Shown one piece after another: positions 36,401 through 51,000 of a stretch of DNA of 64,000 bases. The notes under the pieces were generated by a model, which saw nothing but the letters and a program-made list of their open reading frames with translations, was not told the origin of the DNA and searched no databases. Source of the stretch: Podarcis liolepis. Lineage: Eukaryota. The translations under genes and the position numbers were made by a program. Positions within the stretch are counted from its first letter, which is position 1. Every line of letters starts with the position of its first letter. The stretch is taken from the NCBI GenBank assembly GCA_965112155.1, contig OZ218107.1. One strand, given 5' to 3'.

Positions 36401-39400
36401 CATGCTCAAAGGCCACAGCAAGTTTTAATATATTTAATATAATATATCTAAATATCTAAAAGTACTATATTAATTGCCATGCTCTTAAAGGCATCTATAC
36501 AAATAGATGCTCTGTTGTTGTTTAGTCGTGTCCGGCTCTTCGTGACCCCATGAACCAGAGCACGCCAGGCACTCCTGTCTTCCACTGCCTCCCGCAGTTT
36601 AGTCGAACTCATGCTGGTAGCTTCGAGAACACTATCCAACCATCTCGTCCTCTGTGGTCCCCTTCTCCTTGTGCCCTCCATCTTTCCCAACATCAGGGTC
36701 TTTTCCAGGGAGTCTTCTCTTCTCATGAGGTGGCCAAAGTATTGGAGCCTCAGCTTCAGGATCTGTCCTTCCAGTGAGCACTCAGGGCTGATTTCCTTAG
36801 GAATGGATAGGTTTGAACTTCTTGCAGTCCATGGGACTCTCAAGAGTCTCCTCCAGCACCATAATTCAAAAGCATTGGGTGCCCTGCTCAGCATAGTTCA
36901 TAGCTTCTCTGAGTTATTCAAGCCCCTTCGCCATGGCAAGGCAGTGATCCATGAAGGGGAATAGATGCTCTAGAGTGTGCTATATTTACTCATGTATAGT
37001 CTTATCTTAATTATAGTATTATGGTCATTTGAGACTACAGACAACTCCCAATTTACATGGGGGGTTACATTCCAAGGGACCATGTATTTAAGTGAAATCA
37101 CATGTATTTGAAACACCTCTGAAAAAGCCTGCAAACACCCAGTTCTGCCTCCACCCCTGCCCACTCCCTACTCTGCCCCTTTGTGTGATGCTTTTGGGTC
37201 ACTTCCAGGTTCGGCATGGTCACACACATATCTGACACGTCTAAAATGGTCGCTGCCTGCATGTACAGTCCATCAGATCTGTGCAAGACCTGTGGAAACC
37301 AATCAAATCCATGTAGACACAATGATTAGTAGAAATACTAGTTTCGCTGGAGAAAAGAAAGGTAAACCAACCACTACTGACTGGTTCACAGCATCAACCT
37401 TGGAACACAACTGGCAGTGGCAGAACCAAGGCTGGGAATGGTGAAACGAGAGAGAAGAAACTGACGGGAGTATATCCAAAATTAAGGTATATCTGTGACA
37501 AGAAGCCCAGTGCAGGTGCAATTGCAGCTCCCTGAAAACAATGGTTCTCAAATCAAGATCCAGCTTTGTGGCTTAGTGCTTTCTTCCCAAAGTATATGTT
37601 CTATGTTTCATATATAGCCCCCTCCTGTTGTTGGTCTATGACATGGCCTGGCTCTACCCACAGCCAGACAATAAACAGATGGTGACTCCATTCAAAGTGT
37701 ACTGTAGCAAGAGGCCAGTGATTGCTCTCTATTACCCACACTGAGGCAAGCTTTGAGACTTTTCTCTACTGAGGGGGAAACTCTTTAAAAGAATTGGATC
37801 CCCCTGTTCTGGCACAAAACCTCTTATCAATCTATACCACAAATAAAACTACCTAATTTTGAGTGAATTATGGGCAGGTATTATTTCTAGTAGATATGTA
37901 CACAACCACTTTTATACTGAATTTATTTACTGTACCAACACTGTATTATAAATTCCCTTTAGATGAGTTTTTGTCCACAGATTTCTTTGCCTCCTGCATC
38001 TATTTTTATTTTCTCATAGAAAATAAAAAGGAAACAATAAATAAAAGAAGTCTCTTTTATCCTAGGCCTTCAATTAGAATGCTTATTCAATTAGAATGCT
38101 CTGTTGCTTGCAACAAAGGTGAAATTGGTCTTTTATCCTCCAGCAAAAGCAATAAAAAGGATGCTGAAAAACAGAATTTTTATAATACCAGAATAGCAAG
38201 CCTCTGCCAGGGATAGAAAAACAGTTTGTAACTTACGAAACATAAATAAATGAAGGCTCTGTGTGTTTGGAGTGGGTTTGCTTAAAATGCTGGTGCAGAA
38301 TAGAGTGGAGATCTGCACATCTCTCTGGCACAGTATGTATGGGATATGCGATCCAGTCCAACCTAGAATAGTATGTTGTAGTTGAAAGCATGAACTACAG
38401 GCTAGGAAACCTGGGGTTCAAATCTTAGCTCAACTACAAACTTCCAAAGTGGCCTCAGTCAAGTCAGGATCCCTCAAAATCCAGTCCTCCATCTATAACA
38501 TGGAGTTAAGAACACTGGACTAGTTTACTGGATCATTATAAGGATTACTGAGTAAGTGTGATTTGAGCAATTGGGGGAAATGCTATGTAAGTATAAATTT
38601 ATTTTAAGTTTTATAGATTGCCTCTCTGTCATTACAACTATAACAAGTCCAATTACAGTTAAACTGCAACACTACTCAAGTGATGGTAGCAGCTCTAAAC
38701 ATATTACCGGTATGTTATTCTACTGTAGCTAAATCTAAGTATATGAAACTGAAATAATTGCCAAAAAAAAAATTGTATTGAAGGTGTCAGAGGACTAATA
38801 AATTTATTATGACAGATACATCTGCGGACCACAGTCCAACTTATCGGATGCAACATCTGGTGAAGATTGCCTATTCTTCTCCTGTTTAATTGCCTCAATT
38901 TCCTCTTTTTTTCTCCCTTGTTCCTCTCTCCTTAGATCGCAAACTCTCTGGGGTAGGGACTTGTATTCTCATGATATTATATTAATGCCAAACAATAACA
39001 AGTGCTGTTTTAAAAGTACAAATGAGCCCAAGCTTCCACTTCTGATGCTTTAGAACTGCTGCGGAAGAAAATGCACTGGGCAAGACAGATGAAGGACAAA
39101 GTGGTTTCAGGTGACAGGAAGAAAAAAACAAGGACAGCAACTTGGACCTGTCATGTGTTTTAAAGTTTCCCAAGGACCAAGCTGAAGGAAAGCAAGATCA
39201 ATCAGAGAAAATACCAGCCCAAAGTGACAGGAAAGAGCATAGTTGCTCTCCGCACACGTTCTGCTTCAGGGATCCACACCCTCCAAATCAGAAAAGATGG
39301 GAGGAAACCAAATTAGAGAACCACATTCTCCCCCTCCAAACTGATTTGGAGAGGTCCAAATCAAAAATACAGTGGTACCTCTGGATGCGAACGGGATCCG

Positions 39401-42400
39401 TTCTGGAGCCCCATTAGCATCCTGAAGCGAACGTAAGACGTGACTGATCGTCTGCGAGTCACGTTTCGCCGCTTCCGTGTGTGACGTCATTTTGAGCATC
39501 TGCGCATGTGCGAGCAGTGAAACCTGGAAGTAACGCGCTCCGTTACTTCCGGGTCGCTGTGGAGCGCAACCCGAAAATATTTAAGCTGAAGCGTATTCAT
39601 CCCGAGGTATGACTGTAGAGAACTCTGTGTGAACCTACACAACCTTTATCAAATGGTATTATAAGCATACATATTAAGTATAAGCTAAGTTTTTTAAAAA
39701 AAACAAAACAAAACAAAACTTAGCATTCAAACATGAATAGGTGAGGGTTAATATGTCTGATGTGTTCTCATAACCATTACTAATGCTTGCAAATGATTAC
39801 TAGAACATCTGGTTATCTAACTCCATCTGCTTCAATTGCTTCCCAGAGGATGGGTATATAAATAGCTCTGGTTTATTTATTCATGCAATCTAAGCAGATC
39901 AGTTTTTATATTTCTTATCTAGCCTAAAACCAATAATTTAATCAAGTGGAAAATACTGAAGAGAATTAGCAACACAGATAAGAAAAACTTTTGTACTAGG
40001 CTATGATTAATATTCTCGATGTGCACAATGGGATATTTCTCAAAAAAGCCAAAATGGTTGCCCTGAATGAAGAAGTTGCATACTTGTGTGAAGAAAGCTA
40101 AGCTGATTTTTCTTCTAAGCAGGAAAACCCACCAACAATCTGGCCACCTACCTAATTATAGTACAATTTTAGCTCAACCAAAGTCTCCATGTCTAAAATT
40201 ACAGTATTACAGTTACACTAATTTTGACTCAGCAGTGGCTTGTTTTTTTCAACAACCTATAATCTTTCTTTTTAAAAGGAAAAATCCACACAATGATTCT
40301 GAATTCATTAAGTTGTTACTGCATGAGAACTTTGGTGCTTAAAATCACCCTAAATGTATAATGGTCATTTTGCAGAGGGATTAACTCAATTTCAAATTAT
40401 TTTTTTAAGTTTTACAGATTGCTGTTATGATATTGCAAAATCTTGATTCCCACCTCATTTCAATATCATGAATTGTGTATTACTTTCTTGATTTCATCAA
40501 TGGATGCTCTGAATTTCATCACCCAAACTCAAAAGTTTAACCCTTCCTGATATTTCCCCCTTACTACCTCTCATACAATGAACAGCCAATATTCAATTAC
40601 TGCTGATTTGGCCTTACTTAAACAACCCCTTCCATCTCAGATTGACAGACTGCCATTTTGACTTGAGGCTGGGCTTGATAGCTGTTTCAAGACACGTAAT
40701 ACATATAGACCACAGATATGCAGAACATAGTAACATGAACATGGCGTTTTGCACATCTTAAGCATAAACAATGTAAAATATATTTTTAGAAGTTTGTACT
40801 GGGGCAAGTTGAAGAATTTTAGAGTATTATGCTGAAAAAAAGTTAGATAATAAAGGACAAAGTTACTAAGAGCTTAACTTATATTAAATGTTTCAAATGT
40901 TATATTTACTTTTGAAGCCCACCATGATCTTTGCCAATCTATGCAGTCTAGTCACAGTTTACTGGATCTACAGGCCATAAACATCAAATGCAGTGCAGAG
41001 TTATCAAGACAACAAACAGATTGCTATTCTGAATGTTTTTAGTTTATAATTATTATGAGAATCAGCTGGAAGGAGAGTGGTTATCCCTCAGTAATGCATA
41101 TTTAATGTATAATGGACTGAAACAGCAAACATTAATCCTATAAATACTTTCAGCTCATGAAAGACTTTCATGTAGCCATTGGTGGTGAACAAGGTACATG
41201 CACACTTTTCATTCCAAAGGCAATAGAACAGGGGAAGAATAGTTCTAGTCAGAACAAGAGTAGGGGATCTGTGACTCTAGAAAAGTTGTTGGAATGGCTA
41301 ATGGCCAGGATGGTAGAAGCAGTAGCTAACACCTGGAGGACTGCAGGTTCCCCATCCCTGGTTTACAATGTCAACAAGTTACATGGGGGGGGGGGATGCT
41401 TTAAAAAGAGTTGCCCTGGGTCGCTTGTAGTTAAGCTTCTTGTAAACCTGCTTCTTCACATCACCCCACCCCTCACCAGCTACACAAAAAGCACTTAGAA
41501 CTGCCTTATTGCATGGAACTAGTGAATTAAGAGGAATAGGAGGGTTCTCTGGGCACAACAGTCAAGTGTGTGAACTTTACAAAATCCTAATTTTCTAAAT
41601 TCTTTGCAAATGGGTGGAATAATAGGAAACAACATCAGACATAGCCTCTGGCAGTGCATCAGGTCAACAGAAAGAAAAGAAGTTACATTATTTACACTGC
41701 TATTCAGAGAGTTCCTTTACACAGTCTTGTCTTATAATGCAGTTCTCATCAAATAACCACACATGTTCTGTGGAGCACGTTACGTTTAGGGTTAAATTAG
41801 CCCTTTTAAGTTTATATATCAGCAGGACAGTTTCAAAACCTTTATTTTAAAAGTTCAACATATGCCATCTTTGGAAGGCCTAGGTTAGCCTCTAACAATC
41901 AGAAACTTACCCCGATAATAGAAGAGGCACAGATCGGACAGAACAAACCATCGCTTCTTCCATAGCTTCATGCCAGTGCTATCCTGTATGAAATAAAACA
42001 CACAATCCATAAGAATCAACAATTTAAAGGCTTCGATGACATTTAACAGACAATAACACATTAAGGAAACTGGCAAAATAAGAGCCAGCAACCCCCTCTT
42101 GTGATGCTTGAGGTGGCACCTGCACTTGCTGTGAGCGAAATGCAGGCCCCTTCCTGACACCCTTTTGCTTTGGAGGGGGTCATGTAATGGGAAGTATGTG
42201 CTACCAATACAAGGTCTTCTTCAGAAGTTATATGGAATATATATACAGGTGTAAAAAGAAAAGTGCCACTGCTGCCTTGCCCTCCCCACCACAGGAGAAT
42301 GCGGTGCCTGTCCTAGGTCAAAGGTTTAACTTGAGCTCAAGCTCACCAAGCCTCAGCTCTAAAAGCCAGAGTTCAGCACTGCAACTGTGAAGTCATTATA

Positions 42401-45400
42401 CAGCGTTTGTGAGTGATTTCACTGGTTGACTGTAGCATTGTTATATCTGTGAGGAAGCCACTAAAGGTTCATCACCACAAATAGAACTCCTCATCAGATA
42501 GTGTCTAAATGCTATTGCCATGTTCAAAGGCAGCATACCTCTGAAGAACAAGTTGCATATGCTTGATAGTGATTTATCTCATAAATTAATTTCTCAAAAT
42601 GTTAATTTTCTTATCTTTAGGATCTTATTTGGAAACATGCACTTCGCAGAGGATGCCTCTGAAAAACAGTTGCTGGAAACAATTGCATAAAATGACTTAT
42701 TGCCCACATGGGCTTTCCAGATGCATCAGCCAGCCACTGTGTTTGGGATGCTTGGCTAGAGAGACCTTTGTCCTGATCCAGCAGGGCTCTTCTTTGTAAT
42801 TTTCAGTAGAGGCACATTTATCTGAGAACAGCTGAGCAATGAGATCAAGTAATATACATGTTCGTGTAAACCAGCCCTGAGTAAGCAGAGAACAACTGTC
42901 CATTTCACCCAAGCAATTATAGCCAGTCACCAAGTGCCTGAAGAAGACTTCACAGATGGTGAGAGAGGTGGGCATCTCATCACTTACAAATCCTTCCTGG
43001 TTGCAAGGAGATGACACTGAGCAGCAAACTGAGTATCTAGAAACCCGACAGATTTAGAATGCTAGAAGCCCCAGCTCTTTCAAAAATGTGCACACTCTTA
43101 GTGGTACAGTGAAGAAGCAACTAGTGCCAAACCCACAAGCTCCTAATTTAACTTATGTGGAAGGTAGCTATAAAAGCTCTGTAGATGGATATTTCTGGAA
43201 CTTCAGGGTGAGAGGCTTTTGCTGAGTGAAGAGCACATCCTTTGCATGTGGAGGTTCACACATTCTCACTCTAACATCACTACTTAGGGATCTAACATCA
43301 ATACCTGAGATCTTGGGAGAGCTGCTGACAGAACAGGCAGCACTGGGGTAGGTTCTGGCTTCAATTCCTACAATCTCGAAAAGGTTCATGTAGGTGGTGA
43401 TGGGAGATTAACTCCGCCAGAGACCCCGGAGAGCTGCTGCCACTGAGAGTAGCCAAAATTGGGATAGATCGGCTAACAGCCTGGCCAAATATAGGGCAGC
43501 TTCCTATGTGAATACTGGGCTAGATAAACCAATGGTTTGCTCCGTATAAGGCAGCTTCTTATGGACACAATATCAGCCTAGTCTACTTCAAAGGGTTGTT
43601 GTGGGGGGAAAATAGGAGGGGAGAGAAGAGAATAATGTATGCCAGCTTAAGCTCCTTGGAGGAAAGGCAGGATATAAAGAACAATAAAATGTGGGAAAGG
43701 AAAACACATTTCCCATAAAGTGTTTTTACTCTTTTTATCGGCCATACTGTTACTGTCAAGTAAATGCCTCCAGATACAAAAAACTTTATTCCTGAAGTAA
43801 TTTTATTTGCTTTTATGTCTATAATCAATTTGCAATGTGTTTCACAGAATGAATGGCTACCACCACCACAGCTGTGTGTGTGCATCCTCCGATAATAAAA
43901 TTTAATAAATATGTTAATATCGGCCTAAAGAAGAAAAGGTTTTAGTGAATTTTAAGTACTCTCCTGATGAATGGGCTTGAGATGATATTTAGGGGTGGCA
44001 GAATAATGAATGCCAAATCTTTGAATATTCTTAAAACAGAAAAGGACAGTTGGTATACTATTTTGCTAAGATCTCTCATCAGATGTGTCCGTTTTCTTGT
44101 TCTCAAGTTATGCACCCCTAAGTAGAAAAGCAAGTATTTAGATGTTCCACTTTTACTTAGGAATTTTATGGACTTCTAACGCCAAATTCTACTCAAAGTT
44201 CCAGCTTCTCCTCTGACAATCTTCTTTCAAACAAATATGCTACTTTCCCAAGCATTTAATGACTACTAAACAAAAATAAAATGCCCCCACCGACGATTTT
44301 TTCTCTGTTCTGTCTTGTTTGTTTTGTTTGTTTTGCTTTTAACTCACGTATTCCAAATGCATCTCTCAACGTATTTAAGTACTGATGCAAATTTTGTACC
44401 TAAAAGTATTTGAAGCTGACAACAGTTTTAAAAATGCAGGTAGTCTATTTATTCAAAATAGATAGTCTTAAACACACACACACAGAGCGAGAGAGAGAGC
44501 GCCAGATCACTAACATTGACTGGGTAAAGAGATAATATCTCATTTGTATTGCAACAAATCCACTGGGTCCCTGTAAGCTTCCAAACTCAATTCAAAGTTC
44601 TCATCTCAGCCTTTAAAACTCTGCATAGCTTAGAACTCAAATACCTGTTGGCCTGTCACTCTCATATCAATTTGCTTGTACTTCAAGAATGTTATCTGAA
44701 TCTCTCTCTAGGCACCACTGTCATGTAGAGTGTGACAGCTGGTGACCAGAGAGAGAGAACCCTTTTAGGGTGGCTCCTGGGTTTTGGAATGCCGTCCTTG
44801 AGGAACCCCACCTGGCACCCTTGTTGCTGTCATTTAAATGCCAGGCAAACACCTGTCTGTTTTCTCAAGCTTTTAAGAACTCTTCATGTTAAGCTGCTTT
44901 CATAAATAAAATAAAAAGAATTAGGGCAGTTTTGATTTTATTATCTATTTGAACTGATGCTTTCGTTTGTTGTGCTAGCATGTAAGTTCCCTCCCTCTTT
45001 TTTACAGAATACATTTGTTTCTTATTACTTTGGTAGTATGAATAATGTTGAACAGGCAGAGTATAAATGCCGTTAATAAAATAACTAACTGTAGTATATG
45101 ACTATGCTATAGCATAGATGCGGAACGTGTGGCATGGCTAGTTTGGTTCTACAGTATTTTGGCAGATTATCCTTTCTTTAGTTGAAAGAAAGTGGTTTTC
45201 CCCCTGAATATTGAGAGGAAAGGTACTTCTAAGAGTTTGCTTGACCCCAGCTCCCATTGGATGGGAGAATGATGGAAGTTGTAGTCCAACAGAACCTGGA
45301 AGATCATAGTTCCCCACCATAGCACTACAGCTTAGTACTAGCTTTGCATATTAAAAGAGGCAAGCATGTTATCTTGCATATGCCGAAGTAATAGTTATAT

Positions 45401-47947
45401 ACCTGGGTTTGTAACTTTTATTGCGCGGAACGTGGTAACGTTCTCTCAAGGGCACTACAAATGGAAAACTAGTTTATATATCAGCATTTCCCATCCTGGG
45501 GTCTCCAGATGTTAGACTCATAGGACTGTAGAGTTGGAAGTGACCCTGAGGGTCATCTAGTCCAACCCCCTGCAAGGCAGGAATACTAAGTTAACCCATA
45601 CGGAGATCAAACCTGCAACCTTGGCATTATCTGCACTACTCTCCAACCAACTGAGCTATCCAGGCTGACTTAGTTTTGCATGTGCAGGAGGCTTCTGGCA
45701 TAGGGATTCAAAACATCTCATCCCCTGTACATGTCTGACGCTTTATATTTTTTTTAAAAAAAATGTTTGACAGTGGGATTACCTTTTGCGGTGTAAACAG
45801 TGCTTCAAACTAGTTACAAGCAAAATATTTGGCTGTATCAAAAAGCCAAAGTACGGAAGCCAATTATCTTATTCCAGATGTTATAAGCTTTCTTCAGAGA
45901 AAAATAGGGTGCACATGCCATGTAAATCTCAAAGAGTTGTCTAATTTCTATTCCGTGACTAGCCGCCAATAAACTCCATACTCAATTACTTAGTTCATTA
46001 ATACAAAAATAAAAGCAGAAGTTCTGCCCTGTGACAGCTGCTTAAAGGCTGTAGCTGGCATTATTGATTGTCATTTAATGAAACTCTTTCAGCAGCATCT
46101 AGTAACTTAAAAATGCAATCAAGGTAACAATGTTCCTGACTCCATGAACAGGTTTCATCAATAGACATAGCAAAATATAGAATGCCAATTGAGTTATACT
46201 ACAAAGATGAAAGCTTGGGTAAAGCAAAAGTGTTAGGTGATTATTAGCAACATTTTAAAAATGGGTGAAATTGAAGTCCGTCACTTGATGACACCGCTGG
46301 AGTGTGAGCTAAACCTGTCACTACTGATCCCAGAACACTGGACAGAGGTAGGTTCCTATCACCCTGAAATCTGAGCCAGGGGCTTGAATAATAGGATAAT
46401 TTAAGGAAGTTTGTGGGAGGTAATATCTACCTGTACTACTGAAAAGCCTCTCCACAATGGCCCCTTCAACAAAGCGGATTGAGGCACAGGTGGAGCATGT
46501 GTGTGGGGAGTTATTTCCTTACGTTGCCTTCACTTACATTCTGAGCCCAGTTTGGGGCAACCCCCTAATCCCCCCCCCCCAGCAACCCCTCATGTCCCAC
46601 CCCACATTGTTCAATAAAACAACCAAGCCCTTAGAAGTTCTTTCAGGGACTACATGTGCCTGGAAAGCTCTGGGGAGAGAAGGAACTTTCTTTCCAGCCC
46701 CTCACATGTCCTGACAATTAGTTCCAGAGGGTTGAAGTATTCTTTGTCAGGGGGAGGAATAGAAACAATGTTTCTAAGAAAAGAAACACTGTGCAAACAG
46801 AACTCCACTTGCACAGCACTGGATACAACCCTGAAATTACTGCTGTGTCTCAAATGGAATATTCACTAATAGGGCCAGCAAACCCTTACAGCACTGTGGT
46901 TCACCATTTTCGCCAAGAAACTCAAAAAGGGAAATCACTAATTGGCAATTACAGGATTCTCTCGGGCATGCCATTAGCAAATTTCCAGCATCATATATTG
47001 AGGAATATTAAAAGTGTGTATTGGAAGAGGTTATCACCCATAATTACAAACACATCACTTCAGATAAAGTTGTTATTATTTATATCATGTTCAGGAAGGA
47101 ATAATACCTGCTTATAAAGCCAGCCTCGTCGAACAACAGGTGCATTGGGGTTCCTTTTTATTGAATTTGACCTCTTCCCAAAATTATGAACTTTCTTTGA
47201 AGAGCGTGATGTCTAAAAAATAAAATTAAAAGGATTAGAAAATGCAACGCCAATATCTTTTACATTGAATAAATACACATGCATGGCTATCCTCAGAGAC
47301 ATAGTTGCTCCTCATCATGTGATCCCCTCAGGACTTGTTAAGAAACAGCTTTATTCTGTTAGTTGGGTAAATAAGTAACTGCCTTGTAGGTTTTGCTGGT
47401 TTAGGCATTTCTTGAAGTTTTCTACAGAGGGAAAGAAACAAATCCCAGGACAGATCAGGATCAAAACATTTAAATTGGGACTTAATAGGATATTACATAA
47501 ACATAGCACTACTTTTTAAAAGGGCCAAAACATTAAATGCAGTACAGATTCTAGGAAGAGAACTAAAAATAGAGAAGACAGACCTCAGCAGAAAATCAAA
47601 ACAGGTTGGGGTGGGTTAAAATCACAAAGAGATTTGAGTTTCCACTTGACTGATTCAATTCTTTCTGTGTTGCAATTCACACAAATACAATAGACCAGCT
47701 CCATGGCTTCTATAATCTTCTATAAACTTGACATCTTTCCGCAGGGCCTGCAAGACAGAGCTGTTCCACCAGGCCTTTGGCCAGGGCACAGCCTGACCCC
47801 CTCCTTTGGCAATCCTCACAGAACTCTAGCCCAATGGTTGCCATTAATCTGATTTGAACTGATTTTATAATGAAATGATTTTAGAATGTTGTATCAGTTT
47901 ACTGTTGTTAGCCGCTCTGAGCCAGGCTTCGGTTGGGGAGGGCGAGA

Positions 47948-48032
<85 letters not shown>

Positions 48033-51000
48033 GGAGTAGGCAGGTTGGGTGCATATGTTACAAATTCAAGATGGCAATGGTCATGTCACTCTTTTGCTCA
48101 GCTCTTGACAAATTGGGAATCTAGTACAGAGAAGATTATCTGCTAAATCAACTTCCACAAGTTGCACACCACAGAAACCAGAATTAATAAGCGATTAAGT
48201 CTGTTTCACTCTGGTATTTTCCTGATAGCTGTTTTGCAGGTCTTTGAGACTGATTGAAGGAGGAAAGGTGAACTGGGATGCAGTAGCATGAACCAGCAGG
48301 CCCACGCTTAGAAAAGATGAATAAGGTCATATTCAATCTCTCTCAAGTTGCCCTTGAGTAGCAAAGAACGGTTTACATCGTGTACTGTCAGCTACACCAC
48401 TGATACAATGAATGCAACTTATTAGATGTTTGCTAGTGAAAGTACTATCCAGGGAATGTCTAGAAAGCATGGTCCACTGGCAAGGAGACAACAATTTATA
48501 AAGAGGTTTCAAAAAACACTAGTGAAGGCAATTCAAAGCAGGGAAGGAAATGAATCCCTCTCCCAGCACCTTTTAACTGGCAATGTACATCAGAGGAAAT
48601 CTAATATAAAACTAGAGGGTTAAAAATACACTTTAATCATGAAACCTTACTTTCAAAAGTGTGAAATAAGCATTTTTGTGAGAGATTGGTTAAGACCTAT
48701 ATTAGATTAATGTGAAACCAAAGCAACTGAACAAAGCTCACTTTGTTCAGATCCTCCCCCCTTCTCTAGGATCATTCCTGGAGAGACAGTGGGAATAAGT
48801 TTTGGGATCACTCCTTTTAGGTTTCTTCTTACACTGCAAAAAGTGAAACCTTAATGGGCTGAAAAAACTGCAGCATCTCCTATTTGGCTGTTCACATGTT
48901 TTTACAGTGAGAGGAGTGGGTTGGAGGGAGCATACCTGAGGCCTGCTACTGTTCTCTTCGTGGATACTATTCTAGGTGCAATAGAAGTGAAACATGTGAA
49001 TAGCGCCAAAGAAGCAGAAACAACTTTTTAAACACATTCTTAGATAAATACTACAACTTGCAAAACTTCAGGAAAAGTTAGAGACACTGGTTAAAAATTC
49101 AGCAAAACCATTGAAGAAACCTAAAAGGAGTGCTTAACTGCTTAACAGTTATATTGTACATTCCAGAACCTATTAATACCCTGACATGAATTAAATGCCA
49201 ACGTTTGACCCACTCTGTAACCTCAGCTCTTTGTATTGTGTATTCTCATAACTCTACTAGAAGACTATGCTCACTTCTGTACAATCAAGCTCCATTAATT
49301 TTTATAACTATTGCATATATTTCTGTGACATACAGTCCATTAGAGAGCTGATTAGTGATCAATGTCTCGCAGAATGTCTCAAAGTAAAAGTGATGTGACT
49401 GAACAAGCCTGCTCATTAAGCAGGAAAGGGTACAAGAGCAGTGGTGACACCCCACTGTTTTTCTAATCTACCGGAGGATGCTAAGTCTTAAGGAATAAAT
49501 AATAAATGGAATATGACAATCAAACATCTGTTGGGGACTTGGGATATAAACTTGCTCACTTTTGTACAAGGAACAACATGGAACTCAAAGTGAATCTTTA
49601 CAGTCACACACATCTTACCCGCAACTGTGAATATGCATTACGGTAACTGAATCAGTGCACTGATGATTTTCTTCCGATTCTAGCTAACAGAACCATTCAA
49701 GGAACTCAAATACTCAGTGGTATCAAGTAAATCCTAGAACCCCATATACAACAAGAGGTGTCCACTTTTATAGTGCGAAGCAGAACAGACCTTGTTTTCC
49801 AACTAGTGCTTTACTTACTTAAAGATAATGGGCATGCACAATACTAGATCATAGAATTGTGGAGCTGGAAGGGACTCATGCTCTATCAACTGAGTTACAT
49901 AAAACTGCGAATGTACTGCTTAGTGTTTAAAGTAGACTTGACTGTCAGCAGTCTTTCCCTTCATGTACTAAACTGTTTTAAGCACTTTCTCAGAAGATGG
50001 TTTTCTGAAATGTGAACTAACATTGTGAAGGGTTTCTGAATCTGCAAACAATTATGTGGTTGCAGAGGAAGGATTTTCCATGGCTTTGAACCTCCTCATT
50101 GGAGGTTATATGAAACCAGTAGCAATACTTAAAAAATGCCCCCAATCTGCCAACAATTTCTGAAGGCATGCTCACATTTTTTTCACCATATTCCCCCAAT
50201 GCTTCTTTTGTTTTAGACCTTGGCACATCAGGAATGGATGGACATTCATCTAGGAAGTAGTTGAAGCAAAGCTTGCAATAAAATATGGGGCAAACAAACC
50301 TCTTTGTTACATTGTTGGAAACTTGGCAACAAGTTTCATAAAGTTATGTCTGGGGCTTCCCTGGACAAGATTTTTTTCTCTCAGATTTCTGGGAGAGTTC
50401 CATTATATCAGGCATAGGCAAACTTGGCCCTCCAGATGTTTTGAGACTACAATTCCCATCATCCCTGACCCTGGTCCTGTTAGCTAGGGATGATGGGAGT
50501 TGTAGCCCCAAAACATCTGGAGGGCTGAGTTTGCCCATGCCTGCATTATATCCTGTACTGTTTACAGTATAGGCAAGTGTTCAGTACCATCACACTGGAA
50601 TGAATTAATATGCATTCCAGAAACAAGAGCTTCACCAATTTGTGACCAAAAAATATTTCTAAAAAAAAGTTTAGAAAGATGGAAGGTGAATAAAGAAAGC
50701 TGCCTCTTTTTTATGATTTAAAAATGAAATTATATATAGATATGACTTGTCAAGTTTGAAATGTGTCAGGTCATTTTTGAGAGAAAATACATTTGGGTAT
50801 TTTCTTGTTGATTTTCTTCTGTTGAAGTAAAAAAGAACTGTTTCCTAAGCTGGGGTCTCTGCACTGGGAAAGCCAGTGAAAGGAGGCTAGGTTTTTGGAT
50901 CCTTGCTCCCACCCCTACCCAGTCATACACAGCCTCTTCTTAGGGGGGCTGGGGACTGTGATGATCAGGCTCTGTTTTGTTGTACAAACTTTACAAGGCA

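Noticed and set aside
38707-38728. Splice-site-flanked microexon candidate
   Set aside because: All three acceptor choices hit TAA and the pyrimidine tract is poor; no support.
47886-48146. Poly-V/I and poly-C/Y ORFs
   Set aside because: Microsatellite translation.
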